Positions 1 through 7,623 of a stretch of DNA of 13,457 nt are shown here, in pieces (position 1 is the stretch's first letter; the number at the start of each line of letters is the position of its first letter). Under the pieces are notes generated by a model. That model saw only the letters and a program-made list of their open reading frames with translations. It was not told where the DNA came from and searched no databases. Position numbers and translations under genes: made by a program. This DNA is from Okeania sp. (GTDB lineage: Bacteria; Cyanobacteriota; Cyanobacteriia; Cyanobacteriales; Microcoleaceae), in contig NZ_JAYKGW010000229.1 of NCBI RefSeq assembly GCF_035285525.1, positions 1 to 13,457 of the forward strand, written 5' to 3'.

Positions 1-213
1 ATACCTATTCTCAAACTTATACAAACCCGCCCTTTTAGTCAAATGAATAATTATTTATAGTAGGGGCGGGTTTTAACTAAAATTTTCATACCTACTCTCA
101 AACTTATATCAACCCGCCCTTTCAGTCAAATGAATAATTATTTATAGTAGGGGCGGGTTTTAACTAAAATTTTCATACCTATTCTCAAACTTATACAAAC
201 CCGCCCTTTTAGT
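1..213. repeat. Tandem direct repeat with an 87-bp unit, about 2.45 copies (1-87, 88-174, 175-213). The array is cut by the left window edge. Each full unit contains a GC-clamped hairpin followed by a T-tract.
   Basis: Unit starts (ATACCT...) are at 1, 88 and 175. Copy 3 is identical to copy 1 over its 39 nt. Copy 2 differs from copy 1 at 4 positions (unit positions 8, 22, 23, 36). The hairpin arms are AAACCCGCCC (23-32) and GGGCGGGTTT (64-73), with a second hairpin at 110-160. Each 3' arm runs straight into TTTT on the + strand. The array ends at 213, where the sequence diverges. Confidence 0.9.
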
Positions 214-317
214 TCCAGATATTATATGTAGAGTTAAAAAACTATTGCACAATAGTTTTAACCACTATATCTAGCTATCCTGGTGCGTAAGTCCTGAATA
301 ATTATTAATTATCTATA

Positions 318-1370
318 CTATTCAGAAATACTAATTCTCTGCAAAATCAAATCTTTCCCCAACTGTATCGCTGCCTTCATACTCGTAGCATCAGCAATAC
401 CTTGACCTGCTATATCAAATGCTGTACCATGATCTGGAGAAGTCCTCACAAATGGTAAACCAATCGTAGTATTAACAGCTAAATCAAAAGCCATTAATTT
501 CACAGGAATCAAACCTTGGTCATGGTACAACGCCAAATAAGCATCGTAAGTCCTTGCTGGTAAACCCAACCAAGCTTGACCAGGTTTAACCCACATCGTA
601 TCTGGTGGTATTAGCCCATCAAGCTGTACATCCCGTCGGCGATCGCTCTCCTTCTCCAACCAAGGGATTAACCAATCTTTTTCCTCTATTCCTAACTGCC
701 CATTTTCTCCACTATGAGGATTTAAACCAGAAATAGCAATTTTTGGTCTAAAAATTCCAAAATCTTTTTGCAAACTTTCCACCAGTAATTCTAATTTCCA
801 ACTCATTAACTCTGGTGTTAAAGCCAATGGTACTTGACATAATGGTACATGTGTGGTAGCTAAAAGACAACGAAGCACAAAATTACTGTGGGGCGAATGG
901 GCAACAAATAACATTCCGAACTTTTTCACTCCTGCTTTTTCTGCTAAAAGTTCTGTTTGACCAGGATATCTATGACCAGCCATCTGCCAGCAAGTCTTAG
1001 AAATAGGAGCAGTAACAATACCGTGAAACTCTCCAGCTAAAGTCTGGGCGATCGCCTTTTCCATGTAACGAAAACTAGCTTCCCCGCTCACAGCATTACC
1101 TTCACCCAGACAAATATCTTCTAGTTTTCCATCAAACTCTACATCTAAAATTTTTAAATTTTCCCAGTTAACCAGCTTTTCCAAAGATAATTTTTGATAG
1201 GTTTCTTGCAAAACTTGACGACTACCAATTATTGTCAAATTACAATTTTCTGTTAAACTTAGGTCTGCTAAAGCCTTGAGAACTATTTCTGGTCCAATAC
1301 CTCCAGGGTCTCCTATAGTTATTGCTAAACGAGGAATTATATTTTTTATTTCACTTATTGGTTTATTCAT
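318..1370 (-). CDS. pdxA: 4-hydroxythreonine-4-phosphate dehydrogenase (PdxA, pyridoxal phosphate biosynthesis)
   Basis: This is a 350-aa ORF with PdxA hallmarks: N-terminal [23 protein letters not shown] and [13 protein letters not shown]. It has an ATG start and a TAG stop, and two HIP1 sites lie inside it. Confidence 0.9.
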   Translation of the reverse strand: MNKPISEIKNIIPRLAITIGDPGGIGPEIVLKALADLSLTENCNLTIIGSRQVLQETYQKLSLEKLVNWENLKILDVEFDGKLEDICLGEGNAVSGEASFRYMEKAIAQTLAGEFHGIVTAPISKTCWQMAGHRYPGQTELLAEKAGVKKFGMLFVAHSPHSNFVLRCLLATTHVPLCQVPLALTPELMSWKLELLVESLQKDFGIFRPKIAISGLNPHSGENGQLGIEEKDWLIPWLEKESDRRRDVQLDGLIPPDTMWVKPGQAWLGLPARTYDAYLALYHDQGLIPVKLMAFDLAVNTTIGLPFVRTSPDHGTAFDIAGQGIADATSMKAAIQLGKDLILQRISISE

Positions 1371-1768
1371 TATGGCTTAAAATACAGATACTCAAATATA
1401 TTAAGACTAACCACAAATCTAATCAAAGCACTCAAGTCGCTTAAATGGTTAGTCCAAGCCCACTTTTTTTGAAGTAAACGTTATTTTGGTCATAACACCC
1501 AGGGATGCGCGGCCAGTTCCCAGCTCTGTTGTTCGGTATTAAACAGGTAAATAGATTTGAAAAACCAGTGTGTCAGACCTAACAAGCCAAAATAACCGGG
1601 TGAGGCCAACTTTACACATTTGGTGTAGAAGGGACGCAACAATGTCCAAATATTTGAGATATTTTGGTTCTCGGTTAATTAGCCTCCAAAGTATCCTTCC
1701 TAATACTTTAGGAAATTAAAGACGATTACTCGTTTTAAGCACATTTTTTGTAGGAGTATTTTAAGAAC

Positions 1769-1873
1769 ATGAGTGGTGAAATTTTTAATGCAGCAATTTT
1801 GTCTTTTACTGTGATTTTAATTGGTTTAGCAGGAGGTTTCCTCTTAATCAAATTACAAGGTGGCGAAGAATAA
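1769..1873 (+). CDS. petM: Cytochrome b6f complex subunit 7 (PetM), 34 aa
   Basis: ATG at 1769 to TAA at 1871-1873 translates to MSGEIFNAAILSFTVILIGLAGGFLLIKLQGGEE. That is a single TM helix ending in the K(L/I)QG-acidic tail typical of cyanobacterial PetM. A GGAG lies at 1753-1756, 12 nt upstream of the start. The gene is too short for the ORF track and lies antisense to the listed 1735-1962 ORF. Confidence 0.85.
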   Translation: MSGEIFNAAILSFTVILIGLAGGFLLIKLQGGEE

Positions 1874-1884
1874 TTAGGGTTTGC
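1872..1884 (+). repeat. Dispersed 13-mer AATTAGGGTTTGC, copy 1 (part of an identical 17-mer at 1870-1886)
   Basis: Exact 13-mer. It overlaps the petM stop codon. The 17-mer ATAATTAGGGTTTGCTG is identical to 6644-6660. Confidence 0.8.
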
Positions 1885-1891
1885 TGTTAGT

Positions 1892-2058
1892 AGTAGACTG
1901 ACACACCTTAAATGGTGCAATAGATGTAGGCCCTTGTTGTTCCCGTTAGGGTGGCGGAGCATGGAAGTACGAAACCCAACAAAATCTTTCTCCCCTACTT
2001 CTCCACTCCCTTACTCTCCTACTCCACTAATGCACATTTTTAGGTGTGTCAGTCCAGT
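1892..2058. repeat. MITE-like element bounded by imperfect ~30-bp inverted repeats
   Basis: The left arm core ACTGACACACCT (1897-1908) is the exact reverse complement of AGGTGTGTCAGT (2042-2053). The arms extend to about 27 nt with about 23 matches. The interior is a CT-rich tract (CTCCCCTACTTCTCCACTCCCTTACTCTCC). Confidence 0.6.
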
Positions 2059-2060
2059 AG

Positions 2061-2121
2061 GGTGCGTTAGACGGCTTAAATTTATACTATGAGAAAAATT
2101 TAAAATCCGTCGTAACGCACC
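2061..2121. repeat. 61-bp extended imperfect palindrome (long hairpin)
   Basis: GGTGCGTTAGACGG (2061-2074) pairs with CCGTCGTAACGCACC (2107-2121) with one bulge. An inner TTAAATTT/AAATTTAA pairing extends the stem. Confidence 0.7.
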
Positions 2122-2221
2122 ATTATAGTTGTTAAACTTAAGAATGAGAGAAGTGCTTCTTGCTATGAAAGGATTTCAGCCGAAAAAGTGTTTAATTCTT
2201 AAATTAAATGACTATATTATA

Positions 2222-2521
2222 TGTGTCAGTCCAGTACGTTTGGCGACCAAACATTCCATAGAAAAGTGTAATGTACTGAAATATTAGATAGATATTTATC
2301 ATGATACGTCATGTGCAACTTTTCCTGACTTACTAAATTTAGGGATTTCTAAAAATAGCCTTTTCAACTTTATGCCGATTAACCTTTGTATTTTCCTAGA
2401 AAGTTGCACACCACGTAATGATAAAAAATTAAATCAATTACCCCACAAGAATATTTATGATATGTGGTGCTTTACATTTTATTTTCATGTTGCGCAGCAA
2501 AACGTATCCTACTGGACTAAC
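2222..2521. repeat. Nested inverted-repeat (MITE-within-MITE-like) element
   Basis: The outer inverted repeat is GTCAGTCCAGTACGTTT (2225-2241) against AAACGTATCCTACTGGACTAAC (2500-2521), with a 4-nt indel. The inner inverted repeat is TTATCATGATACGTCATGTGCAACTTTT (about 2297-2324) against AGAAAGTTGCACACCACGTAATGATAA (about 2398-2425), with about 23 matching positions. The 15-mer TGTGTCAGTCCAGTA occurs at both 2045-2059 and 2222-2236. Confidence 0.6.
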
Positions 2522-2739
2522 TACAGTAAATTTTTCTTATAGCTACCGTTATACGAAACAGCATTTCTTAACTTTATATTGAATTAGGAATGCTAATCAT
2601 GGTATCATAATATATTTTCAGAAAAACTATAAATTAAAAATAAAAATATTTATCTCTCAAAATATTAAGTTTTGTAAAAAAATGAGATAAACTTGCTAAA
2701 GTGATGAATGAATCTTTAATATAAAATAACAAAACTTTT

Positions 2740-3717
2740 ATGAAAATATTAATTTTAGGGGCAACTGGTACTCTTGGTAGACAAATAGTACGTCGTGCCC
2801 TAGATGAAAATTATGAAGTACGCTGTTTAGTCAGAAGTTATAATAGGGCATCCTTCTTAAAAGAGTGGGGAGCCGAACTAATAGGAGGAAATCTCTGTCA
2901 ACCTAAATCTCTAATACCTGCTTTGGAGGGAGTTGATGCAGTAATAGATGCTTCAACTTCTAGACCAACAGACTCTCTGAGTATTAAACAAGTAGACTGG
3001 GAAGGAAAAGTATCATTAATCCAAGCTTTAGTAGCTCAAGGTGTAGAACGCTTTATATTTTTCTCATTTTTAAATGCGGAAAAATATCCTCAAGTTCCTC
3101 TTCTGGAAATTAAAAGATGTACAGAACTTTTCATAGCTGAATCTGGCTTAAAATATACAATATTAAAACCCTGTGGCTTTTTACAAGGATTAATCGGTCA
3201 ATATGCAGTACCAATTTTAGATAAGCAGTCAGTTTGGGTTCCTGGTCAAGGAACAGCTATTGCATATATGGATACTCAAGATATTGCTAAATTTGCCGTC
3301 CGTGCTCTTTCAGTTCCTGAAACAGAAAATAAAAGTTTTCCAGTTGTAGGTCCTCGTGCTTGGGATGCCAATGAAATTATTCGGATGTGTGAACGACTTT
3401 CCGGCGAAAAGGCTAAAGTAACTCGTACTAATATTAACTTGTTGCGTATCTTCCGTCAATTTACCAGGTCATTTCAATGGGGTTGGAATATAGCAGATAG
3501 ACTAGCTTTTGCTGAAGTATTAGCTAGTGGTCAACCTTTGACAACTTCTATGGATGAAGTTTATCCTGTATTTAGTATTAATCCAGAAGAAATAACCACT
3601 TTAGAATCTTATCTACAAGAATACTATACTCGAATTATGAAAAAAATCAAGCAAATAGAATACGAGCAGGCTAAGTCAGGAAAAACAACCTCTAAAAATA
3701 AACCTTTATTCTTCTAA
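2740..3717 (+). CDS. ycf39: Ycf39/HCF244-type atypical short-chain dehydrogenase (NmrA-like NAD(P)-binding protein, photosystem II assembly factor family)
   Basis: The 325-aa ORF has the Rossmann motif ILILGATGTLGRQIVRRAL at its N-terminus. It also carries blocks I recognise from Ycf39/HCF244: FLKEWGAEL, VDWEGK, GFLQGLIGQYAVPIL, AYMDTQDIAKF, GPRAWDANEII, and FQW..ADRLAFAEVL. Confidence 0.88.
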   Translation: MKILILGATGTLGRQIVRRALDENYEVRCLVRSYNRASFLKEWGAELIGGNLCQPKSLIPALEGVDAVIDASTSRPTDSLSIKQVDWEGKVSLIQALVAQGVERFIFFSFLNAEKYPQVPLLEIKRCTELFIAESGLKYTILKPCGFLQGLIGQYAVPILDKQSVWVPGQGTAIAYMDTQDIAKFAVRALSVPETENKSFPVVGPRAWDANEIIRMCERLSGEKAKVTRTNINLLRIFRQFTRSFQWGWNIADRLAFAEVLASGQPLTTSMDEVYPVFSINPEEITTLESYLQEYYTRIMKKIKQIEYEQAKSGKTTSKNKPLFF

Positions 3718-3724
3718 AGTTTCT

Positions 3725-3921
3725 TAAGCATTCAGCTATTAGTAATGAGACTCTCCACTTAAGAACGGAGTTTAAATTAATATAGACTTCAGAGTAAAGG
3801 GAGCTGGCTTTTGTAGTCATAAAAATCTGACTCAATTAATTAATAAAGTTTTGCTTTAATCATGCACTAAGAATAATAGCTCTTAAAGCAGTTCCTCTGC
3901 AAGAAGCTAGCTGAATGCTTA
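3725..3921. repeat. 197-bp element bounded by perfect 14-bp terminal inverted repeats (MITE-like or long stem-loop)
   Basis: TAAGCATTCAGCTA (3725-3738) is the exact reverse complement of TAGCTGAATGCTTA (3908-3921). The element starts 8 nt after the ycf39 stop codon. Confidence 0.65.
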
Positions 3922-4198
3922 CCAACTTTCTGATACTAATTTACTTTACTGAAAAATTAAAGTATAACGCTTCTCTATTTATGGAGGAAAAGCGGTTGAG
4001 AGATGACGATGTTTTATCGCCATATCTAATCAACCAAGAGAAAGAAAAAAATTCCTTTTAGCCAACCCCATTCTTTATAAAAAGAGGTAATAATTAATAA
4101 TTAATTATTGAAGGATGTCAAAAATAGTTTCAAGCTTGAAATTTAAAATAATTGCCAGGAACTATAGTATACTAAAATATTTTAGTCTTTCAAATCTA

Positions 4199-4219
4199 AC
4201 TTCTGACTTCTGACTTCCG
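4199..4219. repeat. Heptamer short tandem repeat (ACTTCTG)x2 plus ACTTCCG
   Basis: Direct reading: ACTTCTG at 4199-4205 and 4206-4212, then ACTTCCG at 4213-4219. Confidence 0.85.
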
Positions 4220-4227
4220 TGAAACGG

Positions 4228-4233
4228 TATAAT
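4228..4233 (+). promoter_or_regulatory. Candidate -10 box (TATAAT) for the NAD kinase gene
   Basis: A perfect TATAAT lies 24 nt upstream of the GTG start. No good -35 sits at 16-18 nt (CTGACT occurs at 12 and 19 nt spacing). Use of this box would give a very short leader, and no SD is visible. Confidence 0.3.
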
Positions 4234-4256
4234 TACCCTGAACTAGATTTTTTCGA

Positions 4257-5174
4257 GTGTCAAAAATAGGAATTATTTATAACGATGCTAAACCCATAGC
4301 TTGTCGAATAACCAATGAATTAAAAGACAAGCTAAAAGGTAGTGGCTATGATGTTCATATCACAACAGGATCAGGAGGAATTTTAGGTTCTCCTAGTTTA
4401 GAACGTCCTGTATGTCATACTCTCATAGATCAGCTAGTTCCTTCTGGCTTTACCAAGGATATGAAATTTGGCATAGTCTTAGGAGGAGATGGTACTGTTC
4501 TATCTGCATTTCGGCAAGCTGCACCCTCCCATATTCCACTTTTAACTGTCAATACAGGTCACATGGGTTTTTTGACTGAAACTTTTGTCAATCAATTATA
4601 CTCAGCTATTGAACAGATTCTAGCAGGAAACTATGAAATAGAAGAACGGACTATGTTAGAAGTGCGTCTGTTCCGGAATGATCAGTTATTGTGGGAAGCT
4701 CTTTCTTTAAATGAAATGGTTTTGCATCGGGAACCGATGACTTGTATGTGCCATTTTGAAATTAAAATTGGTAGGCACTCTCCGATAGATATTGCAGCGG
4801 ATGGTATTATTATTTCCACCCCCACTGGTTCTACTGCTTATTCTTTATCAGCAGGTGGTCCGGTTGTTACTCCAGGAGTTTCCGCTTTACAGCTCTCACC
4901 TATTTGTCCTCATTCTCTAGCATCTCGCGCTCTGGTTTTTGCTGATACTGAACCTGTGACAGTTTTTTCAGCAAGTCCAAATCGTCTGATGATGGTTGTG
5001 GATGGTAATGGTGGATGTTATGTTTTGCCAGACGATCGGGTAAAGGTTAAACAGTCAAAGTATAAAGCACGTTTTATTCGACTTAAACCACCAGAATTTT
5101 TTCATATCCTCCGGGAGAAACTGGGATGGGGACTACCACATATTGCCAAGCCAACTTCTGTGGAACTTCCTTGA
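4257..5174 (+). CDS. nadK: NAD(+) kinase
   Basis: The 305-aa ORF has the GGDGTVL motif, NEMVL, and [22 protein letters not shown] (NAD kinase signature blocks). GTG is the only possible start, because an in-frame TGA lies at 4239-4241. Confidence 0.9.
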   Translation: MSKIGIIYNDAKPIACRITNELKDKLKGSGYDVHITTGSGGILGSPSLERPVCHTLIDQLVPSGFTKDMKFGIVLGGDGTVLSAFRQAAPSHIPLLTVNTGHMGFLTETFVNQLYSAIEQILAGNYEIEERTMLEVRLFRNDQLLWEALSLNEMVLHREPMTCMCHFEIKIGRHSPIDIAADGIIISTPTGSTAYSLSAGGPVVTPGVSALQLSPICPHSLASRALVFADTEPVTVFSASPNRLMMVVDGNGGCYVLPDDRVKVKQSKYKARFIRLKPPEFFHILREKLGWGLPHIAKPTSVELP

Positions 5175-5582
5175 ATTAGTTTTGCTTTTAGTCTGTTAAT
5201 GAAAAATGAAATAAACACGGAACATTTTACCAAAAATTTATTCTAGAGATTTCATAGCTTGAGGATTTTTTTAAGGTTGACAAACAGATAATACAAATTC
5301 CTAATCTTGAAATTTACAGAGTAGTAATATTTTTATCTTAGTTTTTGGCAATTATCATTGCTAAACTAACTAAAATGTGTGATAAAAATTGGGATTATAT
5401 CCAAGTAATAGATTTCTAGCAAAAGTAAAAGAGAAAAATTTCGTCTGACATTTTTCTGGAAACTCTCTTACCGAATAATTAATAATTAAAGAATCCAGCT
5501 GAAAAGCCTCTCTTGGAAAAAGGAAAAAATTTATACTTTTCTTTTTAGTCAGCACCCTCCCTAAAAACCAGAGGTAATTATT

Positions 5583-5595
5583 AATTAGGGTTTGC
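5583..5595 (+). repeat. Dispersed 13-mer AATTAGGGTTTGC, copy 2
   Basis: Exact 13-mer. It is intergenic, about 300 bp upstream of the response regulator gene, and is followed 25 nt later by an AGGCAAT repeat. Confidence 0.8.
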
Positions 5596-5620
5596 GCTTC
5601 TTCAGTCTGTTCGTGAAGTT

Positions 5621-5650
5621 AGGCAATAGGCAATGGGTATGGGGGCAATA
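5621..5650. repeat. Degenerate heptamer repeat (AGGCAAT x2, then GGGTATG and GGGGCAAT)
   Basis: AGGCAAT occurs at 5621-5627 and 5628-5634, followed by decayed copies. Confidence 0.5.
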
Positions 5651-5891
5651 GTTACAGCCGTTAATTATTCTAAATTCTTCCAATTTTTGTAATCAAAAAT
5701 CCCAAGTTTTCCTGGTTAATTTAGTAGTTTTTTGATACTTTGTGTCACCATAAAAATCCTTGAAGCTTTGTCTGTTAATACTTCTAGATTTAATCAGCAG
5801 ATCAATAATTATAAATTATCCATTATTCATTAATTAACTTTTCCTAACTTCTGTGAGGTATCTACTATAAAAGTAATCTAAAAATAAAAAA

Positions 5892-6599
5892 GTGAGTCCT
5901 GGTATGAGTACCTTAACTGTCGATCAAAATCGTTCTGTTTTAATAATAGAAACTGATGAAATTTTAGCCCAATATGTGAGCCTAGATTTGAAAGAGTCAG
6001 GCTATCATCCAGTTCTTGCTACTAACTTTAACTTAGGTCTTCATAGAGCTATAGAACTTCAACCTGGTTTGATTATAATTGATAGAATGTTAGCTGGAGA
6101 ATCTGGACTATCTTTATGCAGCAATTTGAGAAAAATGGGCAATCAGATGCCTATGTTACTTTTGATGGCCCGCGACCAAGTTGAGGATCGTGTTGCTTGC
6201 CTGGAGTCTGGAGCTGATGATTATTTTCTAAAGCCTTATCGGAGTGATGATTTTCTAGAGTTAGTTAGCTTTTATTTACAACCTCATATATCAGACAAAG
6301 ACCAATTGAGATTTGGAAATTTAATTTTGGACTTGGGTAGTCGTCGAGTCTTATGTAATGGTCGTAGCATTGAGTTGACTATGAAGGAATTTGATTTATT
6401 AAAGTTTTTAATGGAGCATCCACGGGAAGTATTGAGTCGGGAACAGATTTTGGAGAATGTTTGGGGTTATGATTTTTTGGGCGAGTCTAATGTAATTGAG
6501 GTGTATATTAGATATTTACGACTAAAAATTGAACGAGAAGGTGAGAAGAGATTAATTCAAACTGTCCGTGGTATTGGGTATGTTCTCAGAGAAAGTTAA
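5892..6599 (+). CDS. nblR: OmpR-family (winged-helix) response regulator with a non-canonical receiver, NblR-like
   Basis: This is a 235-aa ORF. The receiver has LIIETDE instead of the usual xDDE acidic pocket. The acceptor Asp is retained (IIIDRML). LLLMARD sits where LTA/LSA is expected, so the conserved Thr/Ser is Met. DDYFLKPY is retained. The C-terminal Trans_reg_C block is LTMKEFDLLKFLMEHPREVLSREQILENVWGYDF...VEVYIRYLRLK...IQTVRGIGYVL. The start is GTG 5892 or ATG 5904. The family call is firm; the nblR orthology rests on memory of the NblR sequence (about 0.5). Confidence 0.85.
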   Translation: MSPGMSTLTVDQNRSVLIIETDEILAQYVSLDLKESGYHPVLATNFNLGLHRAIELQPGLIIIDRMLAGESGLSLCSNLRKMGNQMPMLLLMARDQVEDRVACLESGADDYFLKPYRSDDFLELVSFYLQPHISDKDQLRFGNLILDLGSRRVLCNGRSIELTMKEFDLLKFLMEHPREVLSREQILENVWGYDFLGESNVIEVYIRYLRLKIEREGEKRLIQTVRGIGYVLRES

Positions 6600-6601
6600 G
6601 A

Positions 6602-6650
6602 ATAATAGATAATGGATAATGGATAATGGATAATGGATAATGGATAATTA
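6602..6650. repeat. Heptamer short tandem repeat (ATAATGG), 5 perfect and 2 flanking imperfect copies, STRR-like
   Basis: Perfect units span 6609-6643. The imperfect units are ATAATAG (6602-6608) and ATAATTA (6644-6650). The array begins 3 nt after the regulator stop codon and runs directly into copy 3 of the 13-mer. Confidence 0.9.
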
Positions 6651-6658
6651 GGGTTTGC
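6646..6658 (+). repeat. Dispersed 13-mer AATTAGGGTTTGC, copy 3 (part of an identical 17-mer at 6644-6660)
   Basis: Exact 13-mer, with a 17-mer identical to 1870-1886. Confidence 0.8.
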
Positions 6659-6688
6659 TGGTATTATTAGAAAATTTGAGATTTTATT

Positions 6689-7219
6689 ATGAATATTAAG
6701 TTTAGTTTAGTTAACTTGGGAATAGTTCTGTTTTTAGTGGGCTGTTTTCTTCTACAAATAACATTTGTGCAAGCTTCACAGGCTATTGGTATTCAATTAA
6801 AAACTAAACAACTATCAAATTTTCAGGTATCTCAAGAAGGTCAAGTTTTGCCAATTACAGCTCAAGCTGAAATATCCGGTCAAGTAATTAATTTGGAGGT
6901 CGCCAAAACTCCTCAAGAACAAGCAATGGGTCTGATGTATAGAACAGAATTAGCTGATGACCAGGGAATGCTTTTCTCTTTTGACCCACCTCGGAAGGTT
7001 AATTTCTGGATGAAAAATTGCCAAATATATCTTGATATGATATTTATTCGGTCTGGTCTAGTTAAAGCGATCGCTGTTGATGTTCCTCCTTGTTTATCCG
7101 ATCCTTGTCCAACCTATGGCTCTGGAGTACCTGTCGATCAAGTTATTGAAGTGCGGGGAAGACGTACCACACAGTTGGGTTTGAAGGTGGGAGATCAGAT
7201 AGTTATTACTGAAAATTAG
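6689..7219 (+). CDS. DUF192 domain protein with an N-terminal signal or anchor sequence
   Basis: The 176-aa ORF has a hydrophobic N-terminus (LVNLGIVLFLVGCFLL...ASQA). The DUF192-like core reads MGLMYR..L..DQGMLF...FWMKN....LDMIF. Confidence 0.8.
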   Translation: MNIKFSLVNLGIVLFLVGCFLLQITFVQASQAIGIQLKTKQLSNFQVSQEGQVLPITAQAEISGQVINLEVAKTPQEQAMGLMYRTELADDQGMLFSFDPPRKVNFWMKNCQIYLDMIFIRSGLVKAIAVDVPPCLSDPCPTYGSGVPVDQVIEVRGRRTTQLGLKVGDQIVITEN

Positions 7220-7385
7220 GCGTTCGTAATTGGTGGGATGATTTTTTAATAGGGGTGATACCCATCACTTACTCTGGTTAAATATTTAGAGGTATTAGAA
7301 ACAGATTACTTTGAAAATTTCATCCCTTGATTTACCAACGCCAAATCTAAAACTCTTGACAGATAAAGGAGATTTTTTAGGTCTT

Positions 7386-7442
7386 GATTTTTCGGGAACC
7401 TTAAAAGTACCTGGTTTAGGGTTCCCGAAAAATCAGCTTTTT
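7386..7442 (+). terminator. Rho-independent terminator-like hairpin
   Basis: GATTTTTCGGGAACC (7386-7400) pairs with GGTTCCCGAAAAATC (7420-7434) as a perfect 15-bp stem, with 4 further pairs after one mismatch and a loop of about 9 nt. AGC then TTTTT (7438-7442) follows. There is no U-tract on the opposite strand. The hairpin lies 167 nt downstream of the DUF192 stop. Confidence 0.55.
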
Positions 7443-7567
7443 GTGGTCAAAAAGTTGGTATGGGTGAGGACATCATTGGGCAAAAAAATTCTCCCCTACT
7501 CTCAATGAAATTCCCAAAAATTTCTTCATGGCTAAATGGCTGCTTTCCCTGTCACCTTGATCTCCGT

Positions 7568-7598
7568 GTCTGGTGCGTCTGGTGTGTCTGGTGTGTCC
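7568..7598. repeat. Nonamer tandem repeat GTCTGGTGY x3.4
   Basis: GTCTGGTGC is at 7568-7576 and GTCTGGTGT at 7577-7585 and 7586-7594, followed by GTCC. Confidence 0.85.
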
Positions 7599-7623
7599 TA
7601 CCCCCAGTAACCAATTTCCATAG

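Noticed and set aside
1-213. Possible CRISPR array
   Set aside because: The whole 87-bp unit repeats, including what would be the spacer. There is no alternation of conserved repeat and unique spacer, and there are no cas genes. It is a plain tandem repeat.
1874-1882. TTAGGGTTT inside the 13-mer resembles eukaryotic telomere repeats (TTAGGG/TTTAGGG)
   Set aside because: Each site has a single copy, not a tandem array, in a bacterial context. The resemblance is coincidental.
1735-1962. 75-aa minus-strand ORF from the track
   Set aside because: It lies antisense to a convincing petM gene (1769-1873), and its other half runs through the inverted-repeat arm and 13-mer repeat. The protein has no recognisable motifs and a low-complexity composition.
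2145-2288. 47-aa plus-strand ORF (MREVLLAMKGFQPKKCLILKLNDYIICVSPVRLATKHSIEKCNVLKY)
   Set aside because: It runs across the boundary of the inverted-repeat elements, including the TGTGTCAGTCCAGTA terminus. It has no SD and no recognisable family.
5370-5555. 61-aa minus-strand ORF
   Set aside because: It sits in AT-rich intergenic DNA and has a Lys/Phe/Asn/Leu-rich composition typical of random AT-rich frames. It has no SD and no motif, and it spans AT-palindromic repeat sequence.
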